A stretch of DNA of 64,000 nucleotides, from positions 992,001 to 1,056,000 of the forward strand of contig OY760686.1 in the NCBI GenBank assembly GCA_963663865.1. Direction: 5' to 3'. Under the pieces are notes generated by a model, which saw only the letters and a list, made by a program, of their open reading frames with translations, was not told where the DNA came from and made no database searches. Every line of letters starts with the position of its first letter. Positions within the stretch are counted from its first letter, which is position 1. Below are positions 40,803-52,468 of the stretch, piece by piece. The stretch comes from Spirochaetota bacterium (GTDB lineage: Bacteria > Spirochaetota > UBA4802 > UBA5550). Both the position numbers and the translations under genes were made by a program.

Positions 40803-42572
40803 ATGAATACCTTATTAAAACTTCAGTATTTTATGGCCGGAAGGAAGATGCTTCTTCCAGGGGCCCTTGTATTGTCCGTAATAAGCGCGATTACCGGCAT
40901 TGCGCCGTTTATATTTATCTGGATGATTGTCAGTGAACTGTTTGGCGGGGGGGCTGGTTCATCACGGACAATAGCATTCTGTGCCTGGTGGGCCGTTGGT
41001 ACCTCGGCGGCAAGCATATTATTTTATTTTCTGGCTCTAACATTTTCTCACCTTGCCGCTTTTAGGGTTGAAGCGAATATAAGGAAATTCGCGATGCGAA
41101 AAATAATCAGATTGCCTCTGGGGTACTTCGATAAAAACACTTCGGGCAGAATCCGTAAGGTGGTTGATGAGAACGCAAGTATTACACACAGCTTTCTTGC
41201 CCACCAGCTTCCTGATCTTGCCGGTACAGTGATAATTCCTCTGGCGGTGATTGCGCTTATTTTCATTTTTGACTGGCGGCTTGGCCTTGCCTGCGTTGCT
41301 CCAATTGTCATATCAATGACCTTATTCGGTGCAATGATGAACACCGAGGGAAAGAGGTTCATGAATAACTACATGACATCTCTTGAAGAAATGAATACTG
41401 AAGCAGTTGAATACGTGCGCGGAATACCAGTTGTCAAGGTATTTCAGCGGACCGTATTTTCCTTCAAGAATTTTTATAATAGCATTATAAAATACAAGGA
41501 AATGGTCTTCAGATATACATGTCTATGGGAAAAGCCAATGTCGGCGTACACTGTTTTTATCAATGGATTCTCATTTTTTCTGGTACCTGCCGCGATTTTG
41601 CTAATTAACAACTCGGGAAATCACAGGGGAGTAATTGTAAACCTTTTTCTGTATGTCCTGATAACGCCTTTTTTTTCTCAGAGCATTATGCGGAGTATGC
41701 ATCTCAGGCAGGCGATGGCACAGGCGTCAGAGGCAGTTAGAAGGTTAGAGGAGATAACCGACTCGGCATTGCTTCCTGCTCCTCTGGAAGCCCGGAGCCC
41801 GAATGGTTTTGCTGTCAGCTTCAGAGATGTATCTTTCGGCTATCCAGGATCGGAGTCAAAGGCTATCAGCGGGATAACCTTTGATGTTCCGGAAGGGAAA
41901 ACCGTAGCTCTTGTTGGAGCATCTGGCAGCGGTAAAACAACAATTGCCAGAATGGTTCCCCGCTTCTGGGACGTGGATGCCGGGAAAGTTCTTATCGGTG
42001 GAGTTAATGTCAGAGACATGAATCCTGAAAAACTTATGAGGAACATATCTTTTGTGTTTCAAAACACTCATCTCTTTAAAACTACATTGCTTGAAAACAT
42101 AAAGCTGGGAAATCCGTCCGCTTCAATTGAACAGATTGAGCAGGCTCTTGATATGGCACAGTGCCGTGATATTATTAACGGACTCAGGGACGGGCTTAAT
42201 ACCAAAATCGGGGTGGAAGGAACATATCTTTCCGGCGGAGAACAGCAGCGGATTGTATTAGCGCGGGCATTTTTAAAGAACGCACCGGTCGTAATACTTG
42301 ATGAGGCAACCGCTTTCGCTGATCCGGAGAATGAACATATGATTCAGAAAGCATTAAGAAAGCTGATGAAGGGGAAAACAGTGCTGATGATAGCACACAG
42401 ACTTACGAGCGTTGTTGATGCTGATGAGATTCTTGTTATCGACGGCGGCATTATCGTCGAGCGAGGAACCCATGAGGAGCTTATCAATAAGAAAGGGGTT
42501 TATTCACGAATGTGGGAGGATTATCAAAAATCTATAAAATGGTCTATAGGAAAGGAGGCCCTGTATGTTTGA
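40803..42572 (+). CDS. ABC transporter fused permease/ATPase, subunit 1 (YbtP/IrtA-like)
   Basis: SHLAAF, AHQLPD, VEYVRGIPVVK, GASGSGKT, LSGGEQQR, DEATAFADPENE. Confidence 0.88.
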   Translation: MNTLLKLQYFMAGRKMLLPGALVLSVISAITGIAPFIFIWMIVSELFGGGAGSSRTIAFCAWWAVGTSAASILFYFLALTFSHLAAFRVEANIRKFAMRKIIRLPLGYFDKNTSGRIRKVVDENASITHSFLAHQLPDLAGTVIIPLAVIALIFIFDWRLGLACVAPIVISMTLFGAMMNTEGKRFMNNYMTSLEEMNTEAVEYVRGIPVVKVFQRTVFSFKNFYNSIIKYKEMVFRYTCLWEKPMSAYTVFINGFSFFLVPAAILLINNSGNHRGVIVNLFLYVLITPFFSQSIMRSMHLRQAMAQASEAVRRLEEITDSALLPAPLEARSPNGFAVSFRDVSFGYPGSESKAISGITFDVPEGKTVALVGASGSGKTTIARMVPRFWDVDAGKVLIGGVNVRDMNPEKLMRNISFVFQNTHLFKTTLLENIKLGNPSASIEQIEQALDMAQCRDIINGLRDGLNTKIGVEGTYLSGGEQQRIVLARAFLKNAPVVILDEATAFADPENEHMIQKALRKLMKGKTVLMIAHRLTSVVDADEILVIDGGIIVERGTHEELINKKGVYSRMWEDYQKSIKWSIGKEALYV

Positions 42573-44298
42573 GTTTCTGCAAAAAAAGCTGGCGCTATCT
42601 AGAAAAGGTGCCGTGGACTTTTTAAAGGGAGTTTATATGACTACCCTTCTTGATATGGCGCTTATGATTCCTGCCATATATGTTTTCATGTTTCTGGATC
42701 AATATCTCAATTCGATGCCAGGGGCAAACTCGGCAGGTGACAATAGACTCCTCTTCTACACCCTTTTGGGCGCGGGATTTATGGTTGTTATGTACATTAT
42801 TGCTGTTTTTCAGTACAGGAGCACCTATACGACTATTTATGATGAAAGCGCGAATAGGCGAATCTCTCTTGCTGAAAAAATTCGTAAGCTTCCTCTTGCA
42901 TTTTTCGGAGAAAAGAATCTATCAGATCTAACTTCAACAATAATGGAGGACTGCACCGAGCTTGAACACACTTTTTCTCACGCGGTTCCTCAGCTTTACG
43001 CTTCAATTATTAGTGTTTTTATTATCGCAGCTGGCATGTTTTTCTACAACTGGCAGCTATCACTCGCTCTATTCTGGGTAGTACCGATTGCATTTGCGAT
43101 TGTTATGCTTTCCAGGAAAAAGCTGCACGATGAGAACAGAATACTCTATCGGGCGAAACGCGATGTAACCGAACGAATACAGGAAGGACTTGATAATGTT
43201 CAGGAGATCAAATCGTATTGCCGTGAGGATAGTTACATCAAGGAGTTAAGTGAAGCTGTTGACGGATATGAACGTCAGTTGATTAAAGGTGAACTTATGG
43301 CTGGCGCGATGGTAAATTCAGCGCAGAGTTTTTTGAAGCTGGGGCTTGCAACCGTTATTTTTTCGGGAGCCAATCTTCTTGCTTCCGGCAGCATTAATCT
43401 GTTTGTTTACCTTGTCTTTCTGATGGTTGGGTCGAGAATATTTAATCCAATCAGTGAGGTTTTTAACAATATGGCAGCATTATTCTATCTCGATATACGG
43501 ATCAACCGTATGAATGAGATGGAGTCTTTGAAAGTTCAGCAGGGTTCAACTGATTTCAGTCCTGTCAATTACGATATAACATTTGAAAACGTTGATTTTT
43601 CCTACGAGGCCGGACAGCCGGTTTTAAGGAATGTCTCTTTTTGTGCCAGACAGGGAGAGGTTACTGCGTTAATAGGACCATCAGGCAGCGGGAAAAGTAC
43701 GGCTGTAAAACTTGCGGGACGTTTCTGGGATATTGGAAGGGGTAAAATCCTTCTGGGTAATCACGATATTAGCCTTGTAGATCCTGAGTCTCTTTTAAAA
43801 TATTACTCAATTGTGTTTCAGGATGTTGTTTTGTTCAATACATCCATAATGGATAATATAAGAATCGGAAAGGCGGACGCGACTGATCAGGAGGTAATGC
43901 GAGCCGCTGCTCTGGCCCAGTGCGATGAATTTGTAGGGAGACTGGCCCAGGGTTACAAAACCGTAATAGGTGAGAACGGAGAAACTCTCTCTGGCGGAGA
44001 ACGACAGAGAATATCAATAGCACGTGCAATATTGAAGGATGCTCCTATTGTACTTCTTGATGAGGCTACAGCATCGCTCGATGTGGAGAATGAAACAAGA
44101 ATACAGAGCGCAATTTCCGAGCTCGTAAAAGACAAGACTGTCCTTATTATTGCGCACAGGATGCGGACAGTAGCATGCGCGGATAAGATTATAGCTCTAA
44201 AAAAAGGAGAGGTTGAAGAATGCGGTTCACCTGACGAACTTAAATCGAGAGGAGGGCTTTTCTCTAAAATGTTGGAAAGGCAGATGGTGGAAGTTTGA
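42565..44298 (+). CDS. ABC transporter fused permease/ATPase, subunit 2 (YbtQ/IrtB-like)
   Basis: RISLAEKIRKLPL, GPSGSGKS, LSGGERQR, DEATASLDVENE; overlaps subunit 1. Confidence 0.88.
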   Translation: MFEFLQKKLALSRKGAVDFLKGVYMTTLLDMALMIPAIYVFMFLDQYLNSMPGANSAGDNRLLFYTLLGAGFMVVMYIIAVFQYRSTYTTIYDESANRRISLAEKIRKLPLAFFGEKNLSDLTSTIMEDCTELEHTFSHAVPQLYASIISVFIIAAGMFFYNWQLSLALFWVVPIAFAIVMLSRKKLHDENRILYRAKRDVTERIQEGLDNVQEIKSYCREDSYIKELSEAVDGYERQLIKGELMAGAMVNSAQSFLKLGLATVIFSGANLLASGSINLFVYLVFLMVGSRIFNPISEVFNNMAALFYLDIRINRMNEMESLKVQQGSTDFSPVNYDITFENVDFSYEAGQPVLRNVSFCARQGEVTALIGPSGSGKSTAVKLAGRFWDIGRGKILLGNHDISLVDPESLLKYYSIVFQDVVLFNTSIMDNIRIGKADATDQEVMRAAALAQCDEFVGRLAQGYKTVIGENGETLSGGERQRISIARAILKDAPIVLLDEATASLDVENETRIQSAISELVKDKTVLIIAHRMRTVACADKIIALKKGEVEECGSPDELKSRGGLFSKMLERQMVEV

Positions 44299-44370
44299 AA
44301 AATAAAATTTTAATAAAGGTGTGCTGCCGCAGGCTTTAACTCGCTCAGCTGTGCGACTCGCTTTTTTTTA

Positions 44371-44485
44371 AGCAGGGAGCCTGCCGTCCATCTTCACACT
44401 GAGAGCGTGGCACTTTTTTGCCGCTTTTTGACCGGCAAAAAAGCGGCGGGGAAAGGCGTTTCTCAATCGCCGGAAGGGCGGAGTT
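44371..44485. repeat. Palindromic repeat element, copy A
   Basis: GCAGGGAGCCTGCCGTCCATCTTCACACTGAGAGCGTG...T6-hairpin...AAAGGCGTTTCTCAATCGCCGGAAGGGC; both ends match the copy at 45784-45963. Confidence 0.8.
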
Positions 44486-44515
44486 GCCGCGGGTTTATGT
44501 TCAGCTGTGCTGCGT

Positions 44516-44600
44516 CATTTTTCACACTGGGAGTGTGAGACCTTTTTTCGTTACTTTCTTTTTTTGAGCCAAAAAAGAAAGTAACCAAAGAAAAAGGGCT
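44516..44600. repeat. Palindromic repeat element, partial copy B
   Basis: CATTTTTCACACTGGGAGTGTGAGAC followed by a GTTACTTTCTTTTTT...AAAAAAGAAAGTAAC hairpin. Confidence 0.75.
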
Positions 44601-44795
44601 CCCCTGCGCGGGGGGCGATGGGACATCCATGTCCTAAGAATTAGTTACTGTGAATTAATCCAGCGAATGATAGCTTTATTATGTCAGGCTCCTTCGGAGC
44701 CGGAAAGCGCAGCGTCCTGCTGCGCTTGAGTGATTATGTATTTTGGCTATATTACGTTATCATATTGATTTAATCGCCATTAGGTTCCGGCACCC

Positions 44796-44826
44796 GGTAG
44801 AGCCGCCCAATTTGGGCGGCTCTACC
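44796..44826. repeat. GTAG-footed perfect palindrome (REP-like)
   Basis: GGTAGAGCCGCCCAA-T-TTGGGCGGCTCTACC, 15-bp arms. Confidence 0.7.
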
Positions 44827-44897
44827 TCACCGAGACACGCAGCGCACCGCGGATGATAAGATGAGTCGGAAAGGCGAAGGCCTAAACATTGGCGGCG

Positions 44898-44946
44898 TTT
44901 TTTTTGGCCTACTTTTCTTTCTAAAAGAAAAGTGGTGAGAAAAGGG
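44898..44946. repeat. T-tract/ACTTTT...AAAAGT hairpin related to copies A and B
   Basis: TTTTTTTTGGCCTACTTTTCTTTCTAAAAGAAAAGTGG...AAAAGGG. Confidence 0.6.
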
Positions 44947-45219
44947 ACAACGCGCTCCGTGCGTAAGAGGTAGTACGCTCTGTACAAAAAAGCCTCATTG
45001 GTGAAAAGTTTTAAATACTGCTTGAAAAAATGAAAAGAAGGATGAGTGTAAAGGTCGTACTCAACGACAACGGATTTCTGATGAGCTGCATGGAGTAAAG
45101 GTCTTGCGGCGATATATGGTTAGAAGAAAGGAGAAAAAATTATACTATAACCGACTGTAAACGTTATCTGGATTATAGACTGAAATTATTGAGGCAGATT
45201 GTTATCATTATTATGATAT

Positions 45220-45759
45220 ATGGTTAAGGTGATTATTGTGAATGAGATTATTCCATCTGAACAGGTATTGAACAGAATCTATCTTGTACGATCAGTTAAA
45301 GTTATGCTTGATTATGATCTGGCAAAACTGTATAATATTGAAACAAAGGTTCTGAAACAGGCGGTTAGAAGGAATATCAAACGTTTTCCGGATGATTTCA
45401 TGTTTGAACTGTCAAAGGATGAATATGACGTTTTGAGGTCACAGATTGTGACCTCAAACAGAGGCGGGACAAGATATTTGCCAATGGCTTTTACCGAGCA
45501 GGGAGTTGCCATGCTTTCATCGGTTTTAAATGGTGACAGGGCTGTACAGGTTAATATACAGATTATGAGAGCATTTATTCAGCTCAGGAAAATGATTTAC
45601 TCAAATGATGCTTTAAATAAGAAAATTGAATCACTTGAGCGGAAATATGATAATCAGTTCCGCATTGTTTTTCAGGCTATAAAAAGGTTGTTAAAAGATG
45701 ATGAGAATCGGCATGTGAAAACGATTGGTTTTAAAATGGATAATGGCAAGAAAAAATGA
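45220..45759 (+). CDS. ORF6N (KilA-N-like) DNA-binding domain protein
   Basis: VMLDYDLAKLY, LKQAVRRNIKRFPDDFMFEL, LRSQIVTS, AFTEQGVAMLSSVL, IQIMRAF, terminal IGF. Confidence 0.92.
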   Translation: MVKVIIVNEIIPSEQVLNRIYLVRSVKVMLDYDLAKLYNIETKVLKQAVRRNIKRFPDDFMFELSKDEYDVLRSQIVTSNRGGTRYLPMAFTEQGVAMLSSVLNGDRAVQVNIQIMRAFIQLRKMIYSNDALNKKIESLERKYDNQFRIVFQAIKRLLKDDENRHVKTIGFKMDNGKKK

Positions 45760-45783
45760 TTGCTGATGATACACTGCATTTTT

Positions 45784-45963
45784 GGCAGGGTGCCTGCCGA
45801 CCATTTTTCACACTGAGAGTGTGAGACTTTTTTTCGGGACGGTCTTGATCGTTCCCTACCATTGTTTTCTGTGCGGAGCGCACGGGCTTTTTTTTGGCCA
45901 CTTTTTTGTTGCGCCACAAAAAAGTGGCCAAAAAAAGGCGTTCCTCAATCTCCGGAAGGGCTG
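45784..45963. repeat. Palindromic repeat element, copy C (longer internal part)
   Basis: GGCAGGGTGCCTGCCGACCATTTTTCACACTGAGAGTGTGAGAC...TTTTTTTGGCCACTTTTTTG/CAAAAAAGTGGCCAAAAAAA...GGCGTTCCTCAATCTCCGGAAGGGC. Confidence 0.8.
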
Positions 45964-46037
45964 GCTTTTGCAGTTAGCATACTATTTCAACGCCGTTATC
46001 ATCATCCTGATGAAACGGCGCCCGGGCGATTTGTTCC

Positions 46038-48002
<1,965 letters not shown>

Positions 48003-48311
48003 CATGCAAATCGCACTGGTAATATTGTTAAAGTACGATGCCTGCAGTTTCTTAATTCCGCCATTGTGTTCCAGTCAGCCGATGGTATTTTCGAGGTCCT
48101 GGCGGCCATCGGAACTAAAACATCCTGTTTGTCGGACTGCATCGCAGGAGGCTAAGGAAAACAAAGATATTGATGTTGAGAACAGTCAATATTTCTCCGC
48201 ATAATCCAACGAATCCGTTTTTTGCGGATATTCTGTCAGGTTTACGCGCCCCGTGGTAAAGGGAAGACGCTTCGAAAAAAAATTACAACCCTATGGATTC
48301 AGGGAATATAC

Positions 48312-50483
48312 CTATTTTAGCCTTGATGTATAGATATATGACGTGTCGTATTCATTCTGCCCCCATGCAGCAATAATATTACCCTCAGAATCAGATGCAA
48401 TTATTGGATTTCCAACATTTCCCGTTCCGGTTTCAACTGGACCTGCTGCTTTCCAGCCAAATCCATTCAGGTATTGGTTTGAATAGATATAATGAGTTTG
48501 TTTGATAGTCTTTTTCCATATTGCTGTTGCATTTCCCTCAGAGTCGAAGACAACCCTGGGATTGATAGACTTTCCATCAAGTGTTTCAATAATTTCAGGG
48601 CAGCCCCATCCGGATACTCTTGTGTAGTAGTTTGCCCAGATAGCAGTTTTGTCTGCATAACTCTGCTCCCAGATAGCTATTGCATTGCCCTCAGTGTCAA
48701 AGGATACTTGAGGGTTACTGCCGCCGTTAAAATCTTCGCAGTTAGAAACTTGCTCGGCTGAAGACCAGCCGTTATTTACTGAATATCGGCTTGCATAGAT
48801 ATCAATTGTGTATCCATTTAACTTTGCCCAGACAACCAGAGCATTGGAATTATTATCAAAGGCTACTCTCAGAGGTCCGGCATTACTGGTACCGCAATTC
48901 TCAATAATTTCAGCTGCGCTCCATCCTGAGCCTGGTGTGTATCGTTTACACAAAATATCAATTGTGTTAGTGATATAATCATTATGGATCCAGACAACGA
49001 TTGCTGAACCATTTTTATCGAATGCTATCTGAGGGCTATATAAAAAACTGAGGGTATCGTAAATGGTATCAGGGGTGCCCCAGCCTGTATCCGGTGAGAA
49101 GTGGTTAATCCAGATTTGATTAAAAACACGCCACACAGCGATTGCATTCCCATTACAGTCCATTGCAATTTGATGTTCGGTTGCGCCGCCGGAATTGGTA
49201 CAGATTAATTCAGCTGAATCCCATCCTGATTCCGGAGAATAACTGTCTGTACGGGTATAATTAATTCTTCCGTTTGCACACCAGGATATAAATCCTTCAC
49301 CAGTCTCAGAAAAGACAATTTGCGGATTGTCGGGTTTCATATCGCTGTATTCAACAGCTTCAGCAGGGCCCCATCCAGACCCTTCCATATATCGATTTGC
49401 ATAGAGGCTTGGGAATGATTCATCATCATGGCGGTCTTCCCATACGATGGTTGCGCAGTCGTTAATGTCAAAGGCAAGCTGAAGGTTGACAGGAAGGATG
49501 TCTGAGTTAGAAATGATTTCTTTTGTTCCCCATGTTTTTAAGTAAACAACATTCAGGGTAAAACTTTTCTCAGCAACTGCTTCGCCTCTGGTAACGGTTG
49601 CTGTAAGAACAACTGTAGCTTCAACGGTGTTTATCACTGTTCCATCAGGGGCTATTACAGAATTATTGCTTGAATACCATGTGACATTGGTGTCATTCGG
49701 GCCTCTTGTGGAGAGCGAAATATCTCTTGTGACGCTCAATGCATTGTCTCTATCAGCATATATAATTTCAAGATTATCAGTGTCTTCTTGAACAGCTTCA
49801 TCATCAGTGGGCGGTATCTGTTTCACGATTAGTGAAAACTCGACAATATCTGTCACTTCTCCCTTTGCGACAGTAGCAGTGAGCAGCACAATAATGTCCC
49901 CAGAACCGAAGAATGGTCTAAATACTGTTCCGTCAGGAGCTATTACAGAGTTGTTGCCTGATGTCCAAGTGACAGTTGTACCGTTAGGCCCAATAGCGGG
50001 AAGAATAACATTTGTTGTTACGCTCCTTGAATTGTCATTTCCCGCATATGTTATTTCAAGATTATTTGCGTCTTCTTCAACAGCCTGTTTGTCAGTTTGA
50101 GGGCTTTCTTTAACGGTTAGTGAAAATATAACAATGCTTTTTTCATCGCCCTTTGAGACGGTTGCAGTCAGTATTGCTACACTATCTCCTGCCCCATATG
50201 GTGGTCTTGACACCCTTCCTTTAGAGTCAATTACATAGTCTTTATCGGATTCCCATGTAACAGTTGAACCGTTATTGCATATAACAGGTAATATTATATT
50301 GCCAGTGATTGAGTCTGAGCTGTCGGAATTGTTGAATATTATTTCCAGTGATTGTGTATCGACTGTTACTGCTTCTAAATCACTGAGTGCCCTGTTTGAG
50401 GCATCATCCGAGTTATAGCAGGCCGAAGTTAAAAGAAGTGATATGCATATAATAGACGTTGTAAAATGGATGATATTTTTCAT
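48312..50483 (-). CDS. Surface lipoprotein with three bacterial Ig-like repeats and C-terminal beta-propeller-like repeats
   Basis: Lipobox LTSAC; three repeats of (SVT.N..LP..G.NG..VTW.S...VI..DG.V...LTATV); about 8 repeats of P.i.fD..GnaiavW...Y..GW. Confidence 0.8.
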   Translation of the reverse strand: MKNIIHFTTSIICISLLLTSACYNSDDASNRALSDLEAVTVDTQSLEIIFNNSDSSDSITGNIILPVICNNGSTVTWESDKDYVIDSKGRVSRPPYGAGDSVAILTATVSKGDEKSIVIFSLTVKESPQTDKQAVEEDANNLEITYAGNDNSRSVTTNVILPAIGPNGTTVTWTSGNNSVIAPDGTVFRPFFGSGDIIVLLTATVAKGEVTDIVEFSLIVKQIPPTDDEAVQEDTDNLEIIYADRDNALSVTRDISLSTRGPNDTNVTWYSSNNSVIAPDGTVINTVEATVVLTATVTRGEAVAEKSFTLNVVYLKTWGTKEIISNSDILPVNLQLAFDINDCATIVWEDRHDDESFPSLYANRYMEGSGWGPAEAVEYSDMKPDNPQIVFSETGEGFISWCANGRINYTRTDSYSPESGWDSAELICTNSGGATEHQIAMDCNGNAIAVWRVFNQIWINHFSPDTGWGTPDTIYDTLSFLYSPQIAFDKNGSAIVVWIHNDYITNTIDILCKRYTPGSGWSAAEIIENCGTSNAGPLRVAFDNNSNALVVWAKLNGYTIDIYASRYSVNNGWSSAEQVSNCEDFNGGSNPQVSFDTEGNAIAIWEQSYADKTAIWANYYTRVSGWGCPEIIETLDGKSINPRVVFDSEGNATAIWKKTIKQTHYIYSNQYLNGFGWKAAGPVETGTGNVGNPIIASDSEGNIIAAWGQNEYDTSYIYTSRLK

Positions 50484-50608
50484 TACAATCACCTCTGATT
50501 ATCCGATTAAAAATAATATAATCGAATTACAACTGGAATTAATATTCAATTATTTTTTAGTATTGACGCTATAAAAATTTATAATTATTTAATAATCATG
50601 GTGAAAAA

Positions 50609-51319
50609 ATGAGCGAAATTATAAAACAAATCAGAGGCGAGCTTCTTCGATTGTCGGACGATGCTGTAAGAGACAGCGGAAGCCGTTTTTTTAAGGAGGA
50701 GGTGAAAATTTACGGAGTCAGGACTGCCCTTGTTACAAAGACAGCGAAGGAATTTTGGAAGAGTATAAAATCCAGTTCTAAAGATGAAGTCTTTTCCCTG
50801 TGCGAAATACTCTGGAAATCGGGCTACATGGAAGAGTCGGGCATAGCCTGCACGTGGGCGTACGAGTTGCGAAAGCAATACACTGAAGACGATTTCGCAA
50901 TATTTGAACGTTGGGTAAATAACTATGTGAGCAACTGGGCTGCCTGCGATACTCTCTGCAACCATACCGTCGCTGCATTTATAGAAGCTTTCCCAGGTTA
51001 TATTGATAAGCTGAAGGAATGGGCCCGGTCAGAGAACCGGTGGGTGAAGCGGGCTTCTGCAGTGACATTGATTATTCCGGCGCGAAAAGGAATTTTCCGC
51101 CGACAAATTTTTGAGATTGCTGATATCCTTCTGATGGATAATGATGACCTTGTCCAAAAAGGCTACGGATGGATGCTCAAGGCCGCATCGGAGTTTGACA
51201 GCGGTGATGTCTTCGAGTATGTCCTCAGGAATAAGGGGGTAATGCCCCGCACTGCCTTAAGGTACGCTATTGAAAAGATGCCCTCAGAGATGAGAAAAGC
51301 TGCGATGAGCAAAGGTTGA
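50609..51319 (+). CDS. DNA alkylation repair protein (AlkD-like HEAT repeat)
   Basis: YGVR, NWAACD, WARSENRWVKR, DDLVQKGYGWMLK, MPRTALRYAIEK. Confidence 0.88.
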   Translation: MSEIIKQIRGELLRLSDDAVRDSGSRFFKEEVKIYGVRTALVTKTAKEFWKSIKSSSKDEVFSLCEILWKSGYMEESGIACTWAYELRKQYTEDDFAIFERWVNNYVSNWAACDTLCNHTVAAFIEAFPGYIDKLKEWARSENRWVKRASAVTLIIPARKGIFRRQIFEIADILLMDNDDLVQKGYGWMLKAASEFDSGDVFEYVLRNKGVMPRTALRYAIEKMPSEMRKAAMSKG

Positions 51320-51388
51320 TATCCCTCCCCCTGAATAAAAAAGAATACATGTTGCAATTTGCCGTCTGATATAGCTGATTGTAAAACT

Positions 51389-52438
51389 ATGAAAATAAAC
51401 AGCTTTTACAACCTCTCGCCTGACGCGGTTATCAATGCTCTTGAAAAAGAAGGGTTTGACCTGACAGGCCACTGTATGCCGCTCAACAGCTACGAAAACA
51501 GGGTGTACGACCTCCGCTGTGAAGACGGCTCTCATATTGTTGCAAAGTTTTACAGGCCAGGGCGCTGGACACAAGAGCAGATTCTCGAAGAACACGCCTT
51601 TTTGTACGAGCTTGAGGAGAACGAGATACCTGTTTGCGCACCGCTTCGATTCGCGGACGGCGGGTCGCTGCACATAGACGGAGGTATTTTTTACGCCGCC
51701 TGGCCACGAACAGGCGGGCGCGCGGCCGATGAGCTCACGGACAGTGACCTTGAAATACTTGGAAGGATGCTGGCGCGTATTCACAACAACGGGGCGATAA
51801 AGTCCGCTCCTGCAAGGATGAAGCTCTCCGCGCGGGCGTTTGCGCTCGACCCGCTTGATTTCCTGCTTCATGGCAATTATATACCGGACAATCTGCGAAC
51901 CCGATATTCTGAAGCCGTCTATCAAATTGCTGAAATGTACGAGAGCGCTTCAGCGGGAGTGCCGGCGCACAGGATTCACGGTGACTGTCACCTGGGGAAT
52001 CTTCTTTCGGGGAGCAGGGGATGGTTCTTTCTCGATTTCGACGATTTCCTGACTGGCCCTGCTGTCCAGGATGTGTGGATGCTGGTTCCTGCCAGGGATA
52101 GAGAGGGCCTCAGGCAGAGGGGCGTTTTCCTGGAGGCATACAGGCAGTTCCGGGATTTTGATTCGGCTTGGCTCAACCTGATTGAGCCGCTCAGAGCGAT
52201 GAGATATATCAGGCATTCGGCCTGGCTGGCGGCCAGATGGATCGACCCGGCCTTCCCGAGGGCCTTTCCGTATTTCGGAACCAATGAGTACTGGCACAGA
52301 GAGACTACTGACCTTGAGGAGCAGATTGCTCACTGCCGATGCAATGTGCCATGCTTTATGGGTCCCGCAGACGGCGGCGTGGAAGAAGAAAGAGAGCTCA
52401 CTAACAGTGATTTTTTCTGGGACTACGACGACAGATAA
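51389..52438 (+). CDS. srkA: Stress response Ser/Thr kinase SrkA/RdoA (YihE)
   Basis: LNSYENRVY, KFYRPGRW, EEHAF, IHGDCHLGN, DFDD, GPAVQD.W, DPAFP. Confidence 0.92.
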   Translation: MKINSFYNLSPDAVINALEKEGFDLTGHCMPLNSYENRVYDLRCEDGSHIVAKFYRPGRWTQEQILEEHAFLYELEENEIPVCAPLRFADGGSLHIDGGIFYAAWPRTGGRAADELTDSDLEILGRMLARIHNNGAIKSAPARMKLSARAFALDPLDFLLHGNYIPDNLRTRYSEAVYQIAEMYESASAGVPAHRIHGDCHLGNLLSGSRGWFFLDFDDFLTGPAVQDVWMLVPARDREGLRQRGVFLEAYRQFRDFDSAWLNLIEPLRAMRYIRHSAWLAARWIDPAFPRAFPYFGTNEYWHRETTDLEEQIAHCRCNVPCFMGPADGGVEEERELTNSDFFWDYDDR

Positions 52439-52468
52439 TGGCTCCCTACTTTACGCGCAATGATCGAC

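Noticed and set aside
45077-45110. Hammerhead ribozyme core (CTGATGAG)
   Set aside because: No stem II followed by GAAA and no flanking stems.
44340-45965. CRISPR array or integron attC array
   Set aside because: Repeats are irregular in length and spacing and degenerate; no cas or intI gene in the window; no clear RYYYAAC/GTTRRRY ends.
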